Shown: positions 42,589 to 54,343, counted from the first letter of the stretch. The stretch: 64,000 nt of DNA from Endomicrobiales bacterium (GCA_963794945.1 CAWCFT010000018.1:17704-81703), one strand, 5' to 3'. Notes: generated by a model from the letters alone, not told the origin. Numbers and translations are program-made.

Positions 42589-43866
42589 ATGAAAATTAAG
42601 ACGATTTTGTTGGTTGGTTTAGCCGTTTTGTTTTGCAGGTCTTTCGGTTTTACACAGGACACCATCCCATCCTCTCCCTTAAGCTGGGCCGAATGCGTTT
42701 CTATAGCATCCCGCAATAACCCCGCGCTTGCTGCGGCGTGGCATGCTTTAGAGACGAGCAAGGCAACATACTCCGGAAGTTACAACAGCATTTACCCTAA
42801 TTTATCTTTGTCTCACACCTACTCAAATTCCGAGAACACGAACGGCGTGGGAAACACCATAGTCTGGCAAACCGAAGGCAGCGTGAACTGGAATATATTT
42901 AACATGTCGCAGATCAATACTATAAAGATCTCGCAGGCTCAGGAAATACAAGCTGAAGCGACCCTTCGGCAGGCTTCCGCCTCCCTGCGTTACAGCCTCT
43001 CCGCAGCGTTTTATCAAGTGCTTTACGACCAGGAAAACATAGAAGTTTCAAAAAACGTTCTAGAGATGCGCGACAAATCGTCCCAATTGGTGACACTGCG
43101 ATACGAATCCGGCACCGGATATAAGGGTGATATGCTGACAGCAAAAGCAGAGCTTTTTTCGGCCAAGGCAGACCTTGCCCAGGCAAACAGAAGTCTTCGT
43201 GCCGACCAGCGGGTTTTAAACCAGCAGCTTGGCTTTGACGAGTTTACGGTTATTAGCGTTACAAGCACGTTTACCGTGCACAACCCCGGAGACCTGCCTA
43301 AAGATTTCGAGTCACTATTAGCTAAGCGTCCGGACATAATTGCTCAATACGCGATATTAAAAATAGCTCAACTGAACTTGGACCAGGCCAAAAGCTCGCT
43401 TTGGCCCATTTTATCGGCAAGCTATTTGCTGTACAACTCAGGCCCAAATGAATTTCAGGAACCTCATTCCGGCTGGGGTTTAGGCCTCAGCTACCCGATA
43501 TTCGGCGGCGGCCCGACAGCTACTTACTACGCAATAACCGCTGCAAAAAGCAGCCTTGAACAAGCCACACAGAACATGCGCACTATCCGCGAACAGGCTC
43601 TTTCTAACATTGAAGCTGCCTGGTCAAATTTTGAAGGCGCGATAGACCAGACAAAAGTCCAAGCTGCGATGCTGGAGTCCGCAAGGGTGCGCAACGACGA
43701 AGCCGATATCCGTTACAGCAGCGGCCTCATGACATATGACAACTGGGAGATAATCGCTTCTGCCCGCATTAGCCAGGAACATACGGCTATTCAGTCTCAA
43801 TTAACCGCTTTAAATGCTGAAGCGGCATGGGCTCAATCTTTGGGCAAACAATTAGAAGAACAATAA
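42589..43866 (+). CDS. TolC-family outer membrane efflux protein
   Basis: Signal peptide from ATG 42589; two OEP-like halves (NNPALAAA...YPNLSLS; KRPDI...LWPILSA; LSYPIFGG). Confidence 0.88.
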   Translation: MKIKTILLVGLAVLFCRSFGFTQDTIPSSPLSWAECVSIASRNNPALAAAWHALETSKATYSGSYNSIYPNLSLSHTYSNSENTNGVGNTIVWQTEGSVNWNIFNMSQINTIKISQAQEIQAEATLRQASASLRYSLSAAFYQVLYDQENIEVSKNVLEMRDKSSQLVTLRYESGTGYKGDMLTAKAELFSAKADLAQANRSLRADQRVLNQQLGFDEFTVISVTSTFTVHNPGDLPKDFESLLAKRPDIIAQYAILKIAQLNLDQAKSSLWPILSASYLLYNSGPNEFQEPHSGWGLGLSYPIFGGGPTATYYAITAAKSSLEQATQNMRTIREQALSNIEAAWSNFEGAIDQTKVQAAMLESARVRNDEADIRYSSGLMTYDNWEIIASARISQEHTAIQSQLTALNAEAAWAQSLGKQLEEQ

Positions 43867-43948
43867 ACAACGATTTCGGACCGAAAGGTTAATTTCGAAA
43901 CAATGCCTGATTAATATTATGTTCCCGAATACCCAGGAGGAGCAGTAA

Positions 43949-44941
43949 ATGAAGAAATTACTTGTAATCTTTATCGTGGTCGCGGCGCTTGCCGGCGGCG
44001 GATGGTGGCTGTTTTCAGGCAAATCGAAAAAACACCAGTTTTCGGGGACTCAAACTATTACCGTCACACAAGGAACGATCAAACAAACCGTTGAAGCTAC
44101 AGGCGCCATAACGCCTCTCAACAGGGTGGAGATAAAACCGCCCATAGGCGGCCGTATAGAACAACTTCTTGTACACGAAGGCGACAAGGTAAAAGAGGGC
44201 CAGATACTCGCATGGATGAGTTCAAGCGACAGGGCTGCTATCCTAGACGCGGCGCGCAGCCAGGGCCCGGATGAACTCAAAAAATGGGAAGACGATTATA
44301 AAGCAACGCCTATTGTAGCTCCCTTATCCGGCGTTATAATACTAGAAAATGTTGTCGTGGGTCAGACAGTTGACGCGACTACGGTAATTTACGCTATGTC
44401 CGATTACCTTATAGTCCTGGGCCAGGTTGACGAGTCGGATATCGGCAAGGTGCACGTTGGTATGCCGTCCATGATAACGCTCGACGCCTATCCCACCAAG
44501 GCCGTAGAAGGCAAAGTATTCGATATTCTTTATGAAGGCAAAAACGTTTCGAACGTTATTACATACGGTGTCAAAGTGAAAGTAGCGCATGTACCTGACT
44601 TTTTCCGCTCCCAGATGACCGCGAACATAAGCTTTATAGTTAAAAGTAAGGATAACGCGGTGCTTGTGCCGGTTAGTGTGGTAAAAGACATGCCCAACGG
44701 CACCAAAACCGTAACAGTTCCAGGTCCCAAAGGCAAACCGGAAATGAAGGTGGTAACCACCGGTATAGAAAGCAACGATAAAATTGAGATCACTTCTGGC
44801 CTTGAACCGGGCGATAAAATCCTCTTGTCCCGCGGCAAATATACGCCGCAACAGCCCCCTCAGTCTAGTCCTCTCGCGTTGGGAGGCTCCAGCAGGCCAG
44901 GCGGCAACAGCGGAGGACAGAACCGCTCATCGTCTCGCTAA
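43949..44941 (+). CDS. macA: MacA-like periplasmic adaptor subunit
   Basis: N-terminal TM, lipoyl motif GRIEQLLVHEGDKVKEGQILA, IVAPLSGVI, VDESDIGKV. Confidence 0.85.
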   Translation: MKKLLVIFIVVAALAGGGWWLFSGKSKKHQFSGTQTITVTQGTIKQTVEATGAITPLNRVEIKPPIGGRIEQLLVHEGDKVKEGQILAWMSSSDRAAILDAARSQGPDELKKWEDDYKATPIVAPLSGVIILENVVVGQTVDATTVIYAMSDYLIVLGQVDESDIGKVHVGMPSMITLDAYPTKAVEGKVFDILYEGKNVSNVITYGVKVKVAHVPDFFRSQMTANISFIVKSKDNAVLVPVSVVKDMPNGTKTVTVPGPKGKPEMKVVTTGIESNDKIEITSGLEPGDKILLSRGKYTPQQPPQSSPLALGGSSRPGGNSGGQNRSSSR

Positions 44942-44954
44942 GCTACAGGCACAT

Positions 44955-46934
44955 ATGTCAATAATCGAGTTAAACAATATCACGAAATCCTATTGGATTG
45001 ACGGCGAAGAGCTGAAGATCCTTAAAGGCATAAGCATAAAGATAGAACCGGGTGAGTTCGTAGCTATCATGGGTCCGTCGGGTTCGGGCAAATCCACCAT
45101 CATGCAAATTATGGGCCTGTTGGACAGGCCTACATCCGGGTCATACCACCTACTCGGACTTGATGTATCCAAACTTTCCGACGACGAAGGCGCGGCAATC
45201 CGCTCAAAGACCATTGGATTTATTTTCCAGATGTTCAACCTCCTTGCGCGCACCAGCGCTGAAGATAACGTGATGCTTCCCATGATCTATTCAGGATGCC
45301 CCGACCGTGTGGAGCGTTCGCGGGAACTTCTGACAACCGTTGGGCTTAAAGACAGGATGGACCACAAGCCCAACGAACTTTCTGGCGGACAACAGCAGCG
45401 TGTGGCCATTGCCCGCGCGCTCGTTAACAGTCCCATGATAATTTTTGCCGACGAACCCACCGGTAATCTTGCCTCGGACCAATCCGAAGAAATACTGCAA
45501 AGGCTTAAAGACCTCAATGCCAGCGGTATCACCATAATTCTTGTAACTCATGAACCTGATATTGCCGCGCATGCAAAAAGGATATTACATTTAAAAGACG
45601 GAATGATAGTTTCAGATGAATTTACAAAAAATAACGTGCAAAATGATAAACGGTCTGATAAACCGGGGCTTGGTTCAGAATCACTTAAACATATAGAACC
45701 GTCATTCGCATTGAGAATGGCCCAGTATAAGGAATACGGCGCTTCAGCCTTGAGAGCTATGGCATCGAACAAAGTGCGTAGTGGGCTTTCTATGCTAGGC
45801 ATACTAATTGGAGTTGCCGCGGTTATCGCTATGCTCGCCGTCGGCAAAGGCGCCCAAAAAGCGGTTGAAGCGCGGCTGGCAAGCCTCGGCTCTAACCTGC
45901 TTATGATGCGGCCGGCAGGCGGCATGTTCGGCGGTGTGCGGGCCGCCGGGGGTTCCGTAAGCCGTCTCAGGCTTGAAGATGTGAAGGCCATTTCAAGCAT
46001 ACCTCATGTTAAACACGCCGAGGGCAATGTTCAGGGAAACGTTCAAGTAGTTTACAAAGACCAGAACACCAATACCAGGGCAACAGGCGCACCTTACGTA
46101 TACGAACAAATACACAACGCTACCCCTTATTACGGGCGTTTCTTCACAGAAAATGAAGACTTAAACCTTTCACGCGTCTGCTTGCTGGGACAGACAGTCA
46201 TAAATAACCTTTTCGTCGGCAAGGAAGACCCCGTAGATAAAATTATAAAGGTCAACCACGATAATTACAGAGTCATAGGCGTCCTTCCGATGAAAGGCTC
46301 TACCGGCTTTCAGGACCAGGACGACATGATATTGATACCTCTAAATACTGCAATGAAAAGAACTCTCGGCATGGTTTATCTAAATACCATAAATGTAGAG
46401 TGCGAAACAAGCGACAGCATACCGCAAGTAATGACTGATATCGCTGCCCTCATGCGGAAACGCCATCATTTACCGGATTATAAAGATGATGACGTGGATA
46501 TAAGGAACATGGCTGATATCCAGGCAGCTCTTTCGGGGACCACACAGACATTCACACTGCTGTTGGGAATTGTTGCTACGATCTCTTTGCTGGTCGGCGG
46601 TATAGGGATTATGAATATCATGCTTGTTTCCGTAAGCGAACGCACTAGAGAAATAGGGCTAAGGAAGGCCGTAGGGGCACCCAGGCGTGCGATACTTATA
46701 CAGTTCCTTATTGAATCAGCTGTACTTTCTACCCTCGGCGGGGTCATCGGCATCATGCTTGGAGTCGCCATATCATTGTCATTGTCGTACTTTGCGGGCT
46801 GGGCCGCCATAGTGGCGCCACAGTCTATCGCCCTGGCGTTTACCTTTTCGGCAACAGTAGGCATAATCTTCGGCTTCTGGCCAGCGAGAAAAGCCTCAAT
46901 GCTTTCCCCCATCGAAGCTCTCCGCTACGAATAA
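44955..46934 (+). CDS. macB: MacB-family ABC transporter, fused ATPase-permease (copy 1)
   Basis: [68 protein letters not shown]. Confidence 0.93.
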   Translation: MSIIELNNITKSYWIDGEELKILKGISIKIEPGEFVAIMGPSGSGKSTIMQIMGLLDRPTSGSYHLLGLDVSKLSDDEGAAIRSKTIGFIFQMFNLLARTSAEDNVMLPMIYSGCPDRVERSRELLTTVGLKDRMDHKPNELSGGQQQRVAIARALVNSPMIIFADEPTGNLASDQSEEILQRLKDLNASGITIILVTHEPDIAAHAKRILHLKDGMIVSDEFTKNNVQNDKRSDKPGLGSESLKHIEPSFALRMAQYKEYGASALRAMASNKVRSGLSMLGILIGVAAVIAMLAVGKGAQKAVEARLASLGSNLLMMRPAGGMFGGVRAAGGSVSRLRLEDVKAISSIPHVKHAEGNVQGNVQVVYKDQNTNTRATGAPYVYEQIHNATPYYGRFFTENEDLNLSRVCLLGQTVINNLFVGKEDPVDKIIKVNHDNYRVIGVLPMKGSTGFQDQDDMILIPLNTAMKRTLGMVYLNTINVECETSDSIPQVMTDIAALMRKRHHLPDYKDDDVDIRNMADIQAALSGTTQTFTLLLGIVATISLLVGGIGIMNIMLVSVSERTREIGLRKAVGAPRRAILIQFLIESAVLSTLGGVIGIMLGVAISLSLSYFAGWAAIVAPQSIALAFTFSATVGIIFGFWPARKASMLSPIEALRYE

Positions 46935-46968
46935 ACTGTCTTTAGATAGTTTAATTTCTCTTCAGCCT

Positions 46969-48943
46969 ATGCCACTTATAAAACTCGAAAACATAACCCG
47001 TTCCTACAAGATGGGCAACACAGAGCTCCAAGTACTCAAGGGCATTTCTCTTGAGATCGAAGAGGGCGAGTTTCTGGCAATAATGGGGCCTTCGGGATCT
47101 GGAAAGTCCACGCTGATGCAAATACTAGGCCTCCTTGACCGGCCTACCTCCGGAAGTTATCGTATACTAGGCCAGGACGTTTTGCAGTTTTCCGACGATG
47201 AATGTGCGACGCTACGCTCAAGAACCATCGGCTTCATCTTCCAAATGTTCAACCTTCTTCCCAAGACCTCAGCTTTAGATAATGTGATACTCCCAATGCT
47301 ATATGCAGGAAATCCTGACCGCCAATCACGCGGCATGGAGCTTCTCAGGGACGTGGGTATGGGAGACCGCTTGTTACATCACCCAAACCAGCTTTCTGGA
47401 GGCCAGCAGCAAAGAGTTGCGGTTGCCCGCGCTCTAGTTAATCAACCAAAAATACTGTTCGCCGATGAACCCACGGGCAACCTCGCCACCGCACAGTCAG
47501 AAGAAATACTCGGGCGGCTTAAGGCTTTGAACAGAAGCGGCATCACGGTAATTATGGTTACGCATGAGCCCGATATCGCGGCTCACGCGAAAAGGATTAT
47601 TCACATTAAAGACGGGCTGGTGATCTCGGACGAACATAATAAGGATTATTCTTATAATATCACAGAAGACCCGGGCCTGCAAAACGAAATAGCCAGGGAA
47701 CATACCTTACATGTAAAACCACCGGAACTGAGCATGGCGGAATTTAAAGAGTACAGTTTGTCGGCCCTTCGTGGCATGGCCGCGAACAAGGTGCGCAGCG
47801 CCCTTTCGATGCTGGGCATTCTTATAGGTGTTTCCGCTGTTATAGCTATGCTTGCTATTGGTACTGTGCCCAGAAAGCGATTGAAGCGCGGCTAGCGGCC
47901 ATGGGGTCAAATGTAATAATGCTGTTCGCCGGCGCGCCCAGCACCCGCGGTGTACGTCTGGCGGCAGGCAGTGTTAGCAGGCTGACACTGGAAGACGCAA
48001 AGGCCGTCCAAACGGCAAACCCTAATGTCGCGAGAATATATCCTGAAGCCGAAGGGAACGTGCAGGTAGTTTACGGTAACCAGAATGCCAATACCGAAAT
48101 GCAGGGAGTCACGACGAGCTACGAAGCCATACGCCGCGCGACACCTGTTTATGGACGTTTCTTTACCGAAACGGAGAACGCATCACTGGCGCGGGTTGTA
48201 CTTCTTGGCCCCACCGTGGTAAAGGAATTGTTCGATATGGATGACCCTGTCGGTAAAATGGTCAAGATCAACCGCATATATTTCAAAGTTATCGGTATAC
48301 TACCAACCAAAGGAACCGCGGAACAGGACGATATGATAGTTGTCCCCATCACCACTTCGATGAGGCGGGTTCTAGGTGTAGAATATCTTCACGAAATGGC
48401 GGTAGAGTGCGCGACCCCAGATTCAATACCGGACGTTATCGCGGATATCGAACGCCTGATGAGGCATAGGCACGGTTCTGCCTGCTTACAAGGAAGATGA
48501 TTTTACGATTAGAAATAATGCCGACATGCAAGTGGCAATGAGTAATACTACACAGACTTTTTCATCTCTTCTCGCGATAGTGGCGGCGATCTCACTTCTC
48601 GTCGGCGGTGTGGGCATAATGAACATAATGCTTGTCTCGGTAAATGAAAGGACCCGCGAGATAGGCCTGAGAAAAGCCGTAGGCGCCACCAGCCGGGCGA
48701 TATTGATACAGTTCCTGATAGAGTTCTGCGCTCCTTTCAATTATCGGCGGTATTATCGGAATAGTGTTGGGCGTCGGAATCGCTTTTACGGTTTCCAACA
48801 TGGCGGGATGGGTAGTTGTTGTCAATTACCAGTTGGTCGCTATTTCATTCTTTTTTTCGGCAACCGTTGGCATAGTGTTCGGTTTCTGGCCCGCAAGAAA
48901 AGCTTCTCTTCTCTCCCCCATTGAAGCTCTCCGCTACGAATAG
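46969..48943 (+). CDS. macB: MacB-family ABC transporter (copy 2), frameshifts near 47870, 48475 and 48725
   Basis: Collinear with copy 1 across ORFs 46969-47895, 47901-48500 and 48526-48924; ends [11 protein letters not shown] at 48943. Confidence 0.88.
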
Positions 48944-48970
48944 CCTGCCCTGACAGCCAGAACCGTCGGG

Positions 48971-48999
48971 TTGACTACTTACACTTTTTCTTTTATAAT
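48971..48999 (+). promoter_or_regulatory. sigma70-type promoter
   Basis: TTGACT-17 bp-TATAAT. Confidence 0.7.
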
Positions 49000-49072
49000 C
49001 TAGCGTACAAGGTGAATTTCGGCTATAGAGTCTTTTTCTTGAGACATTTCTTAGGAGGCGCCGCTAATTAAA

Positions 49073-50196
49073 ATGACCAAACTTCATTTTGCGACTATTT
49101 TAACCATATTTCTTTCTATATACTTTGGCATGCATTACTTCGTTTTCACTAGTATAGCGAACGGCCTTGCTGTTTTTGGAACCGCGAGATCGGCTTTGAA
49201 ACTATTCTTCCTCATTGCGGCTTGCTCTTTCATTTTAACAGAATTTCTTACACACAAATGGTCGGCCGCTTGGCTAAGGCCGATCGCAAATTTCGGATAT
49301 ATATGGCTTGGAACTCTTTCCATAGCATTGTCGTTGTTTCTGGTTGCTGATATCGCCCATATTATTATGCCTGGGCTTGTTTTGCGATATAATATTACCG
49401 TTGTAACCCTTATTTTGATAGCAGTCGCAAGTGCCTATTCTCTTATCAATGTCGCGTCTGGTCCGGTCCTCAAAGAAATTGAGATCGGTACTAAGAAATT
49501 GCCGGCAGGAACCAACCAGTTAATCATTGTTCAACTTTCCGACATGCATATTGATATGCTTACGCGGCCGGAATGGCTAAGAGGCCTGGTAACCAGAACA
49601 AATGAGATTAAACCGGATATTATTCTTATCACAGGAGACTTGATTGATGCAGCGATCTATAATGGCCCTGTCTATTGTGAAATTCTCAGGAGCCTCAAAA
49701 GCAAGTACGGAGTGTTCGCCGTATCGGGCAACCATGAATTTTACGTAGGGATGGACATTTTTATCAGGACCGCTAAGCAATCAAACATTGAGATTATAGA
49801 CGATAAAAAGGTAAGGGTGGCCGGTATGGTGGACCTGATCGGCATCGATGACGAGCTCTCCGCAAAAGGCGCTAGAGCTGAAAAACGGATATCGGAAATA
49901 CTCCTATGTGATCCGCCTCAAGATGCTGGAATATTTTCTATACTGCTCTCTCACCGGCCAAATACGTTCGACACTGCTGCGAAGCTGGGAATCGACCTCC
50001 AGTTGTCGGGTCATACCCACGCGGGGCAGATACCGCCAATGGACTTGATAGTACAGTTCGCATATAAATACCCAAATGGTTTCTACAAAAACGGCAGCTC
50101 GTATTGTTACACAACAACAGGCACCGGCATCTGGGGTCCTCCGATGCGGCTTTTTCCGTATCTGAGATAGTTAAGTTCACACTATTGAGACAATAA
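49073..50196 (+). CDS. Membrane-anchored metallophosphoesterase (YkuE-like), terminal frameshift near 50155
   Basis: Four N-terminal TMs; SDMH, TGDLID, GNHE, LSHRP, SGHTHAGQ, GIWGPPMR; the SEIVKFTLLRQ* tail is in another frame. Confidence 0.9.
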
Positions 50197-50287
50197 TTGC
50201 CCTTAGGTAAAATGATTATATATGGGGACTACTCCCAAAATGTTGCTGCGCAATGCATTAATAACCAATCTGTGATGTTATTTGGAT

Positions 50288-50303
50288 TGTTTCATGTGAA
50301 ACA
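50288..50303. other. parS site
   Basis: TGTTTCATGTGAAACA, one mismatch to consensus TGTTTCACGTGAAACA; intergenic and ~12 kb from dnaA. Confidence 0.8.
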
Positions 50304-50431
50304 ATTATTGAGGTTTCCCAATTAAGAAGCTTGGCTTATGTACCCGCCCCAGGATATACTCAAAGATCTTAAACGGCTAATTACACAGCAATAGGCTTAA
50401 TAATTGATATTGTGAAGCGCTTGAAGTTAAA

Positions 50432-50447
50432 TGTTCCATGCGAAACA
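50432..50447. other. Second, degenerate parS-like site
   Basis: TGTTCCATGCGAAACA. Confidence 0.55.
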
Positions 50448-50565
50448 AAATGAGATATCTTTGGGTATTGCCTAAAAGAGGATGGGGGAAAGTTACGGGA
50501 ATCACATCGTCTTGCTATCTATAAATTCCCTTATCTGTGAACTCAAATATTATATGGTTTCTGTA

Positions 50566-51261
50566 TTATTTTCTTATTGCTCCCGCCAAATGCGTTCTGG
50601 CTATGCATGAGTCGCAAATATATGATTTTACTTGCTCAAGAGAACCAACAACTACATTCGCCTTTGTCAGGTATTCTTTTGGCAAACTTGTGGTGACCGC
50701 AATACAGAACATACCCGCCCTCTTCGCCGATTCTATCCCGTATGGCGCATTCTCTACAACTATGCATTCGTTAGGATTAACATCCAATTCCCTTGCGGCC
50801 TTAATATATGGATCCGGACAAGGCTTACCATTCTTAACGCTATCACCCGAAACAATACAGTCAAAATCCTTCCTGACTTTACTTGGAAGTATCTTTGTAA
50901 TTTCCTTAGCATTAGTTCCTGTCACAAGCGCAAGTTTATAATGAATTCCTTTTAAACAACTTATGATCTCCGGCGCACCTTTAAAAATATATTGTTTGAA
51001 ATATTTCTTGAATATTTTTTCTCTTAATAGGAATACTTTTCTTAGCAAAGCCTTAGTAGGCTTAATGTGAGCTCGGCCAAGGAATTCGTTCATACTCTTT
51101 TCCCATTTCTCTCCTTCTTTTGAGTAAACATCAAAACAGTTAATCCTCACACCATATGGTCTTAGCGCTTCATACCATGCTATAAAATGGTAAGGCATTG
51201 AGTCTACAATCACACCGTCCATGTCAAATAATATTGCCTTGTATTTTCTATCAGTTTTCAT
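50566..51261 (-). CDS. HAD-family phosphatase (beta-phosphoglucomutase-like)
   Basis: FDMDGVIVDS, LVTG, GKPCPDPY, VVENAPYGIESAKRAGM; start ATG 51261. Confidence 0.9.
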   Translation of the reverse strand: MKTDRKYKAILFDMDGVIVDSMPYHFIAWYEALRPYGVRINCFDVYSKEGEKWEKSMNEFLGRAHIKPTKALLRKVFLLREKIFKKYFKQYIFKGAPEIISCLKGIHYKLALVTGTNAKEITKILPSKVRKDFDCIVSGDSVKNGKPCPDPYIKAARELDVNPNECIVVENAPYGIESAKRAGMFCIAVTTSLPKEYLTKANVVVGSLEQVKSYICDSCIARTHLAGAIRK

Positions 51262-51506
51262 AGTATTAATGTGTCTATATATCCATAATCTTATGTAGAA
51301 TACTAAGAAATTGACGGTTTTTGATGAACGAAAGTAGTATAGTTCGCTTGCTCGTTGCATCTATTAGGTGTATTTTCATTTTGTAACTCATAATTGAGTG
51401 TATTTCCTTATCAATTATGAACTCATTACTGTTAGTCTATATCCTGAATTTTGAAACGCGCCTGCCAGGCAGTCCAATATAGATTTTTGCTTATTAGCGA
51501 AAATAC

Positions 51507-51882
51507 CTACCATATGCTGCTGTCAAGCATGATGCACGAATTGCGTGTAACGGTTATGCCTGAACCTTTCGCTATTTCTACCGCCTTGTTCTGATTCCGA
51601 GCCCGGCTGCATCCATATCTCTTTGATGCCGAGCTTCACGCACTCTTCTACGATCTTTTCGGTCACCTCAGGCTTAACAGCCGTTATTACAAGATCTGGA
51701 ACAACACTTATTTCTGAAAGGCTTTTATAAACATCCCTGTCCAGGATCCGGCCGCCCCTGGGGTTTACGCCGAAGACATTGTAACCGTCCCTTAAAAGGC
51801 TTCTGAATATCTTTTGCCCGAATTTATCCGGGTTGGCCGATACTCCGACTACAACAATGATTTTTTCTATCAATGTTTTCAT
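51507..51882 (-). CDS. CoA-binding protein (YccU-like), frameshift near 51583
   Basis: VVGVSANPDKFG, GVNP, IWMQPGSES; the NSCIM tail is in another frame. Confidence 0.85.
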
Positions 51883-52142
51883 TTCACCATCCCCTGGCAG
51901 CAAGGCATGTTCTGAAACACTTCTTTTGCTATCATCACGGCCGGATGTTTACCGGTCATAACTATGAACGCTCCCACTAACAGCGCTATCGCCGCTCCGG
52001 CCCATAAAAACGCTATCGTTATTTTGCCCAGAAGTTTCACATCGTTCTTTTCTGTCTTGGTGTTGAGCAAGGCAACAAAATAACTTATCGCCAGCAGTAT
52101 CGCAGCAAGTACAACTGCGAAAAAACCCGTTAATCGGATCAT
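51879..52142 (-). CDS. Small two-TM membrane protein
   Basis: Two hydrophobic helices, GGAGG RBS, ATGA overlap with the next gene. Confidence 0.7.
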   Translation of the reverse strand: MIRLTGFFAVVLAAILLAISYFVALLNTKTEKNDVKLLGKITIAFLWAGAAIALLVGAFIVMTGKHPAVMIAKEVFQNMPCCQGMVK

Positions 52143-52310
52143 GATATACCTCCCCGTATAATCATTTGGATGACGTAAATATTATACCTTATTTTACGGG
52201 GTTGCATCATCACATATTTTGTGAATTTTATGTTTGGTTCCGGTATGCCCTGAAAAGATAACGCCTATGAACGCGGGTATGCTTCTAGCGCCAGCGAGTT
52301 TTATATGCCT

Positions 52311-52583
52311 TTAATGGGCTTGTTCCGAAGGGTTTTCTGTCGCTGTGTCCGTAAAATCGTATTCGTTTTCCTGTCTGTTCGGCGCCTGCCGCCGCATTAC
52401 CCTCGCGAGGCCGTCCTTTGACAGTTTGCGCAGGAGCCCCTGCTGCATTGTCACGGCTTTCAGTTCTTCTTCACGCGCAAGGTTTAGGTTGTTTACTGCT
52501 CTGGTTATAAAATAACCGAAGCAAATGTAACCTGTTAACAATATTATTAGTAAATAAACAGCCGTTTTTATCGAATGCTGCAT
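52311..52583 (-). CDS. Hypothetical single-TM protein
   Basis: 90 aa with an N-terminal TM, co-oriented at the end of the operon. Confidence 0.55.
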   Translation of the reverse strand: MQHSIKTAVYLLIILLTGYICFGYFITRAVNNLNLAREEELKAVTMQQGLLRKLSKDGLARVMRRQAPNRQENEYDFTDTATENPSEQAH

Positions 52584-52603
52584 TCTGTGACCGTTATTTG
52601 GGC

Positions 52604-53116
52604 TCAGGCTCCCTTTGGTTTTCTTATCTCGTTAAAGAACTTGACTGCGACCTCGGACTTATAGTCCGGGTATGTCCACTCAAGCGATACAAATTTGTTT
52701 TTTCGGTACATCAGGGTGAGCTCTGCGTATATCCCGCCGGAAATATAAATCCTGTGTGAATAATCCTTGCTCGATGCTAGTACAACCTTTGCCGGTGTGA
52801 CATACCCGGGGTCAAGGTTTACCTCGCGCTTTCCCAATAACGAGAATTTTTCTTCTATCTGGTTGGTGGCTATTTTTATTGCGGCGATCTCTGACGGATC
52901 AATTAACCTATCGAAGCTAACCCACTGTCTTAATAGGCCGCGCCCCATCTCTGGAGAATAGTACTCCGTGAAATCAAAATTAATTTCGGGGCTTCTTACA
53001 TCTATGTCGCCGAATTTCTGCTGCATTTCCCGGAGTGCTTTCTCAGCTGCCTCCCGCGATACTGCTATCACACCGGTGAAAAGTTTTACTTCCTGTGGTT
53101 TTCTGATTGTTCCCAT
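52604..53116 (-). CDS. DUF4416 family protein
   Basis: TEYYSPEMG, IKIATNQIE, REVNLDPGY, LASSKDYSHRIYI, WTYPDY. Confidence 0.85.
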   Translation of the reverse strand: MGTIRKPQEVKLFTGVIAVSREAAEKALREMQQKFGDIDVRSPEINFDFTEYYSPEMGRGLLRQWVSFDRLIDPSEIAAIKIATNQIEEKFSLLGKREVNLDPGYVTPAKVVLASSKDYSHRIYISGGIYAELTLMYRKNKFVSLEWTYPDYKSEVAVKFFNEIRKPKGA

Positions 53117-53535
53117 ATTTTGTTACTGAAGATTGCTTCTACCCTAAACCCCTTGCTCAATCTGTATGCAAAAATATAGCTTGCCGGGTATATCTCATTA
53201 GAGAACTGGTCAAATGCCAAATGTTGACAGAGCCCAAGCGCCAGCGCTGTTATAACTCCGCTGCGCGTAAAATACGCTGCGGCCGTTAAAAATAGAAGCA
53301 GCTCAGCCGAGTGCAGGAACAACCTGGTCTTTGTGAGGTCACACTCGTGGCACGCAGTGAAAAACCTAGGAATATCGAGATTGAAAGAGTGGTCTTTCCA
53401 ATAATCGACGAAGTGGTCTAAATCCAGTAGCACGCCCGCCGCGAAGGAAACGGCGGCCATCCTTGCCGACCTTGTCGCTATATATATCCCCGCGCTGGTT
53501 ATTGATGATGCGATTATATGCTCTTTCAGGTGCAT
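53086..53535 (-). CDS. Membrane protein with metal-dependent hydrolase-like motifs
   Basis: N-terminal His, LLDLDHFVD, FLHSAE and QHLAFD among hydrophobic helices. Confidence 0.55.
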   Translation of the reverse strand: MHLKEHIIASSITSAGIYIATRSARMAAVSFAAGVLLDLDHFVDYWKDHSFNLDIPRFFTACHECDLTKTRLFLHSAELLLFLTAAAYFTRSGVITALALGLCQHLAFDQFSNEIYPASYIFAYRLSKGFRVEAIFSNKIWEQSENHRK

Positions 53536-53540
53536 AGCTT

Positions 53541-54317
53541 TCAATAAGTGCTGAACGGCACCCACATGCTCTTTTCAGTCCCTATTACTGTGCTATAAGA
53601 GTGAAGCATGCCGAAATTGGCGCAGTTTACGGAGTACCAGCTAATGGCTTTGTTGTGGCTGAGCTCATTCCTTATCTCATCCGTCATCACCACACTCGAC
53701 TTCTTTTCTGTGTGTATCTTCTTGATGACAAATTCCTGGTCTTTCTCTGTGAGGAACGAGTAGACAGGCACAAGCGCGTGTTTATCAACTATATCGAGTA
53801 TGTCTTCCGGATAAATGTCTGCGGATGACTCTATCTCAACAAACACGTTGCTCAACTGGCCGAATAGCCCGCCGACTTCTTTCTCTGAAGACATCGGGTA
53901 GGTTGTTATGGTCGGTATCTCCATTTTGAACACGACTTTCGGGTTACTCTCAACAGAAGATACTTTTACCGAATAAGTACAGTTGTATTTTACCAGGCAT
54001 TTTTCTTTTGAGACCGGCGTAAGTTTCTCTATGAAATAAGGGTAAACAAAATCTATCTGCACGGCGTTAGCCTTGAGCTCATTTAAATAATCCAAGATGT
54101 TGGCTTTCAGCGTCTTCGTGCCTATCCTGTCGCGGTGGCTGTGCAGCACCTGTATGAATTTGTCTATGAGCCTCGGCTCGAACTCCTGCATGACCCGCGC
54201 TGAGATAGATATGCTGGCAACTGTTTGCTGCCCATCGGTTTCCTTCTTTGATATTACCTTCATCGGGAACGGCAGGTTTGTCATCCCTACATCAACTAAA
54301 AATCTTTTTTCGTCCAT
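53541..54317 (-). CDS. folE2: FolE2 (GTP cyclohydrolase IB)-like protein with degenerate catalytic motifs
   Basis: VGMTNLPFP, YFIEKLTPVS, EDILDIVDKHALVPVYSFL..DQEFV; typical length. Confidence 0.75.
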   Translation of the reverse strand: MDEKRFLVDVGMTNLPFPMKVISKKETDGQQTVASISISARVMQEFEPRLIDKFIQVLHSHRDRIGTKTLKANILDYLNELKANAVQIDFVYPYFIEKLTPVSKEKCLVKYNCTYSVKVSSVESNPKVVFKMEIPTITTYPMSSEKEVGGLFGQLSNVFVEIESSADIYPEDILDIVDKHALVPVYSFLTEKDQEFVIKKIHTEKKSSVVMTDEIRNELSHNKAISWYSVNCANFGMLHSYSTVIGTEKSMWVPFSTY

Positions 54318-54343
54318 TATGAGGCCTCCTTTTTAGCTATTTA

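Noticed and set aside
50537..50955. Plus-strand ORFs 50537-50941 and 50632-50955
   Set aside because: Antisense shadows of the HAD phosphatase gene.
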